This document shows positions 58,195 through 64,000 of a DNA stretch of 64,000 bases, one piece after another. Source of the DNA: Octopus vulgaris. Lineage: Eukaryota. The position numbers and the translations under genes are program-made. The notes below the pieces were generated by a model, which was given only the letters and a program-made list of their open reading frames with translations, ran no database searches and was not told the DNA's origin. Each line of letters opens with the position of its first letter. Position 1 is the stretch's first letter. The stretch lies in contig OX597826.1 of the NCBI GenBank assembly GCA_951406725.2, positions 24,056,001-24,120,000 on the forward strand, in the 5' to 3' direction.

Positions 58195-61103
58195 ATATAT
58201 ATATATAGTGAAATTCAATAAACCAGCATTAAAAACGACAATAACAAACAAGATGTGCGCATGGGATGTATTAGTTTGGCGCTTGGTGAAAAGAGAGAGT
58301 TTTTGATATTTCAAGCATAGCTCTTCATCAGAAAGGAAAACAGAAAAGTCCAAAGAAGGAAAAAAATCACCAACAGCACGTGTGTAGTTACACACTCTCA
58401 CACACATACACACACAGGTACATACATGCATATGTATGAGTGTGTGTTTGTCTCACCATCACCAATTGACAACCAGTGTTGCTTCATTTATGACTCTAAC
58501 TTAGCAGTTTGGCAAAAGAGACCAAGAGAGTAATTACTAAACTTGAGACAATAATTACTGGGGTTGAGTTGCTTGTTTAAGCCATTTAGTGTGGTGCCCC
58601 AGCTTGGTCACAGTCCAATGACTGAAATGAGTAAAACATAAAATATAAAGATGTCCAAGGTGCATATACTACAGTGCAACATTGCACTTTGTATGCAAGC
58701 ATCATGCAATCCTCCTTTCACTTGATGACAGAAACCCATTGTTGCCAGTAGAACTTAACAACCCTTTCAGCTGTTTTCCACTCCATCTTTAGCACCTGTT
58801 TTTTCCTTTCACATATGCCCTTACTCAGGCCCAGCATTATAGCCAACATCCCCACTCTCACCACCCAGGCAAAGCAATGGAAAGGTTTATGACTTTGTTT
58901 GCTTTTCCATGCTGGCATGGGTTGAAGGAGGCTGCATTTTGGGCACAATTTTTACAGCTGGTTGCTTTTCCTAGCACCATCCTTTACTTGTTTTGCAAGT
59001 TCCAATTTCCTTTTTGTTTGTTTGTTTTTATTTCACAAGTCTTAGAAAGCACAGAGCAACTGGTCATAATGTCAATAAGAAACGTGAATATCACTGTTTC
59101 ACTCAACCAGTGATAAAAGAAGCCTCGGGATATCAACATACATTACCATACACACACACACACAGCTGGATCAAGGCCAGTTCTGACCATCAAGTTTATC
59201 TCTTCACAAATGCTGCTCACATCCAACCAAGTACATCAAATTGTGCAGACACTAGCTATCATTCGCCAATGTGGTGTAGTGTTCAGGTTCAGGGTTTTAG
59301 TGGGAATACAAGTTCCCTAGTCACATGCATACACACCTTGGGGCAGTGTGATCCATAGCAGCTCATTTTGCCATCGATTACTGACTGTTGCAGTGGATTC
59401 TGCAGTCACTGAATTGCTATCTATTGTCAGAACAGACATAGCTTGGGTTTCAAGCGGGTTCTACAGACATGCTTTAACAAAAGCTAAGGGACGTCTCACT
59501 CCCAGTGGTCTTCCACCACACTGGACACCTACCCAGAATTTCTGAGGGCCCGTGCTTACACACATACACATATGGCAAGCATTCTGCTGTTTCTGTCTAC
59601 CTATTTAACTCATAGTGAAGGCATGTGGCTTATTTATGAGGGTAGTTCGCTCATGAGTCAACTACCCTCATATGGTCATGAGTTCAATTCCCAGTGGTGC
59701 ATTATATCTTTGAGCAAGACACTTATTTTCACCTTGTTCCAGTTCACTCACCTGGCAAAAATGAGCTGCACCTGTAATTCAAAGGGCTGACCTTGTCACA
59801 TTCTGTGTCCCGTTGAATCTCCCCCAAGAAATATTTTAAGGGATACACATATCTTTGGAATGCTCAGCCACTTGCATCTTAATTTCATGAGCAGGCTGTT
59901 CCATTGATCAGATCAGCTGGAACCCTTGTCATCATATATTTCTTTATTATCCACAAGGGGCTAAACATAGAGGGGACAAACAAGGACAGACAAAGAGATT
60001 GAGTTGATTACATCAACCCCAGTGCGTAACTGGTACTTATTTAATCTACCCCGAAAGGATAAAAGGCAGAGTTGACCTCGGTGGAATTTGAACTCAGAAT
60101 GTAACGGCAGACGAAATGCCACTCAGCATTTCACCCAGCATGCTAATGATTCTGCTAGCTCGCCGCCATCATCACCATAACCAATGGAGTGCCACTTATT
60201 GAACTCATGAGACAATGGTCAGCTTGGGGCTGTAGTAGAAAGCATATGCCCTCAGTTCTCTTCATTGAGATTGAACTCAAAAGTTTGTGATTGTAAAATA
60301 GACTTCTTAATCACACACACACAAAGTTGTATTTCTGAACGCATGTGCACGAGCTCTTGTTTTGAAATACTTTCCAAAGAATTTGTTTAAATAAACATAT
60401 TTACAGACATACACATCTGTGTTTTGTGTGTGTCAAAGTTGTCATATTTTGTGATTTGGAATTATTGTTTACAAACGCAAAGTGGTGTGTTTGTGTGTAC
60501 ATGTATACATACACACACATACACATATGGAGAGTGCTGTAAAGTTCACACTAGCCTAATGTGCTGCTGCCTGAAACTTGTCAAAGGTTATGTATATGTG
60601 TACAGGCTTGCGTGCATGCATGAAAATGTTTAAGCATGTATATAAATGAATATGCATCCATAGGTTTATATGCAAACATCATCATCATCATTTCATGCCA
60701 TCATGGGTAGGATGGGTATCCCAATTTATTCTTATTTGGAATGGTCTCTGTGGTTAGATACCCACATGTATCGAACAAATCGACCCCAACACTTTGTAAG
60801 CCTAGTATTTCTTCTATCCGTCATTTTTGACGAACTGCTAAGTTATGGGGACGTAAACACACCAGCACCGGTTGTCAAACGATGTTGGGGAGGGGGAGAC
60901 AAACACAGACACACATACATACATACATATATATATATATATGACGGGATTCTTTCAGTTTCCGTCTACCAAATCCACTTCAAGGCTTTGGTTAATCCGA
61001 GGCTATAGTAGAAGACACTTGCCCAAGGTGCCACGCAATGGGACTGAACCCGGAACCATGTAGTTGGCAAGGAAGCTACCTTACTACACAGCCACTCCTG
61101 TGC

Positions 61104-61202
<99 letters not shown>

Positions 61203-61744
61203 TTATACATGTATGCAGGTATATATGTGTGTGTATATATTAACATAATTTGTTCGTTTAACGTCCATTTTTCCATGCTAACATATCTTGGATGGGAACT
61301 TATCTAAGGCATCATATTATGGCCAGAGGTCCTTCTTGTCACCAGCCCTTACCTGTTTTTCAATTCAGGGTTTTTTTTTTGTTTTTACTCCACTAGTCTT
61401 TAAAAGCATAAATTGACCAGTCAACGAGGAATGTAAACATCACATCATTTTGTAGGTCAAATGGTGAAAAGCAAAAGTGTGAAATGTCAACATTTGTGTA
61501 CATAATGCTCCCGCATACATATACCCAAATGCACACACACGCACACACCTAAACATACACACATACCCAAATGCACATGCATATACTCACACACATACGC
61601 CCACACACACATTTGAATGTGTGTACTCATTTCAGTCATAAGACAGTGGCCATGCTGGGGCACCACCTTCAAATGTTTTAGTTAATCATATTGACCCCAT
61701 TGTTTATTTTAGTCTGATCCATATTTCACCAATCTTTAATCTTT

Positions 61745-62459
61745 AGTTGCCAAACTGTTGTGAGACATAAATATCTTGCAAACAACTTGCACATGCAAGT
61801 GCTACCAGTTAAAAGCTCCGTATATCGGAAGCTAGCAAGTGTATGGGGTCATCAGGAGAGAATGCGCGCCGTTTTGGGGCCTACCTCTCGACGGCATCAA
61901 TGCGCACTGGCCCCCCTCACTGATATGAGGCCCCGCTTGCTAGATCAGCTGGATATGAAGAACTCAATATACTTCTAGCCATCGCTCATCGTCTCTTTTT
62001 AACCAAATCCAGTGGCTAGCCTTCTCCACTGTAGATTGGATATCAGTCATGGTGGTATTGACTTTACGATGAGTTAGGCCTAACGATAACAACAGTCGTC
62101 TCACGCTGTGTCCTACAAACCCTCTACATCCGACTTCGATAGGAAAATGTTCTGCTTTCCAGCCTGTGTCTTCACATTCCTCGAGGAGGTTTTCATAACG
62201 GTTTAATTTTCGAGCTCGAGCGGCGTCCATATTATCTTCGTGAGGAACCGTTAGCTCGACTATATTTACAATTTTCTTTCTTTCACACCACATCAAAATA
62301 TCTGGTTTTTTCAAAACTGGGATGGGAAAGAAAACCTGGCACCCAGGTAAATCTGCAGTTACCTCCCAATAGCCGTTCCACTTTTCATTTTTCTCAGGAA
62401 GTTTCTTGGTCTTCTTCTTGAAACGGATCTGCTGACCTGGTCGCACGAAGGTAATGAAC
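61745..62459 (-). mobile_element. 3' fragment of a HERO-like restriction-like-endonuclease non-LTR element
   Basis: KPDILMW..IVELTVPHE..RKLNRY..PIEVGCRGF..ASHWIWLKR followed by a GC-rich 3' UTR. Confidence 0.8.
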
Positions 62460-62875
62460 TTGTGTGTGTATGTATATATACACACACACATATGCATATA
62501 TATGTGTGCATACATACACATACACACATATATGTATATATACATGCATATACATACATATATATATGTACAAACATATATACATACATACATTCACACA
62601 TATACACATCTGTATGAACAGAACACAATTAGAGATTGACATGGACACACACACACACACGGACGCACACATGTGCACACACACACACACTGAGGCAAAA
62701 ATCCTTCATAGTTTAAAGACATGAGTGGTAGTGGTATTTATCAGAAATAATTGATTTTATTGGTCAAGTATAAAGATTTCAAATTCAGATGCTCTGGAGA
62801 GAAAGGTCCTCAAATTCTGGACCAGAATCTTCCATTGGAGGAAAAGATAGGTCTTCCAATTTCCTTAGTGTAGCT

Positions 62876-63389
62876 CAGTGGTTCTCAACCATTTTTTGCC
62901 TACAGATCCCTGTAATTTCTGTTTTACTTCCCTGGAGCCCCATAGCCATTCAATATTTTAAAAAAGCCTATTATATTTTTTTGGAATTAAATATTATTAA
63001 GGATTGTATAAAAAATTGTTGAAATATTTTTGTGTATTATAGAAATTATAGAAATATAACCAATTTATTGCTTATGAATTTTAACAACAAAACCTTACAT
63101 AGACCCCTGTTGAGAAACACTCTAATACACTCTGTACAGTGTTTCTCAATGATTTTTTTAACTATGGACTTCTTTGTTTCTTATTTTATTTGGATTACCC
63201 CTCATAGTTATTCCATGTTTTAAAAAGCCTATTTTCTATAATTAAATATTATCAAGAATTGTATTATAAAATTTTTTAAATATTTTGTGTACTGTGGAAG
63301 AATGACCAATTTATTACACCTGAACTTTAATTACAAAATCTTCTATGGACCTCACTGAGAGTGATATGTACCCTGGTGGAGAACTACTG
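62876..63389. mobile_element. Tandem dimer of the same hAT-type MITE
   Basis: Two units starting CAGTG(G/T)TTCTCAA; outer 8-bp TSD GTGTAGCT/TTGTAGCT. Confidence 0.65.
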
Positions 63390-64000
63390 TTGTAGCTGAA
63401 TGTCTTATAATAGTTACAAATTAGTCTCTGCAAATGCATAGAAAGAAAAAGAAACATATTTTGGTGAGAGTAAGGCTGGAGATGGAGAAATAATGTGAAC
63501 AGAAAGAAAGAGGGGAGAAATATTAGCCAGTTTAAAGTGGGGAGAGCTTTTGTTTTTGTATTCTTCCATGATTTTTTTTTTGTTTTTTGGTCCATTCGAA
63601 GTCAGTGTTTTGTAAACAACTTGTCAATAACATTATACGCACACACACATATATGTGTATATTTGTGTGTGTATGTATATATACACACACACACACACAT
63701 ATGCATATATATATGTGCATACATACACATACACACATATATGTATATATACATGCATATACATACATATATATATGTACAAACATATATACATTCACAC
63801 ACATACACATCTGTACATATTTGTAGATATGAATAGTTGAAATTAACCAGGTACTTGCATATTTTCATAGACAGGTACAAATGCATATATTAAGCTACAT
63901 ATCCATGGGAGTAGCTGCAACTAAGCTAGTAGTTTGCATGTTCCCTTCCGACACGCAAACAAACACACACACACACTTATATATGTCCTCGCATGCATAG

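Overview
AT-rich, microsatellite-laden animal DNA with no convincing host protein-coding gene; nearly all ORFs in the track are low-complexity artefacts. The repeat mix (RTE LINEs ending in (GAT)n, tRNA-derived SINEs, huge TA/TATG tracts) resembles an octopus/cephalopod intron or intergenic region (inference). Recognisable elements: a full-length but mutated L1-Tx1 LINE (46.8-52.6 kb), many RTE LINE copies whose ORF carries a PHD finger after the RT core, a CR1-like LINE fragment, a HERO-like restriction-endonuclease LINE fragment, three SINE families, a tRNA-Asn-headed SINE-like chimera, Helitrons/Helentron and hAT/piggyBac-type MITEs. The main result is a set of short non-coding elements inserted in (TA)n tracts that share one architecture: inverted-repeat (fold-back) arms plus an unpaired 46-96 bp 3' tail. 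Several of these TA-embedded inserts carry minimal type I hammerhead ribozymes, mostly with a palindromic stem/loop III, as in Penelope-like element termini. Also noted: templated duplications at LINE 5' junctions, a SINE/LINE shared 3' tail and two candidate recursive splice sites. All alignments were done by eye; repeat boundaries are approximate unless stated.
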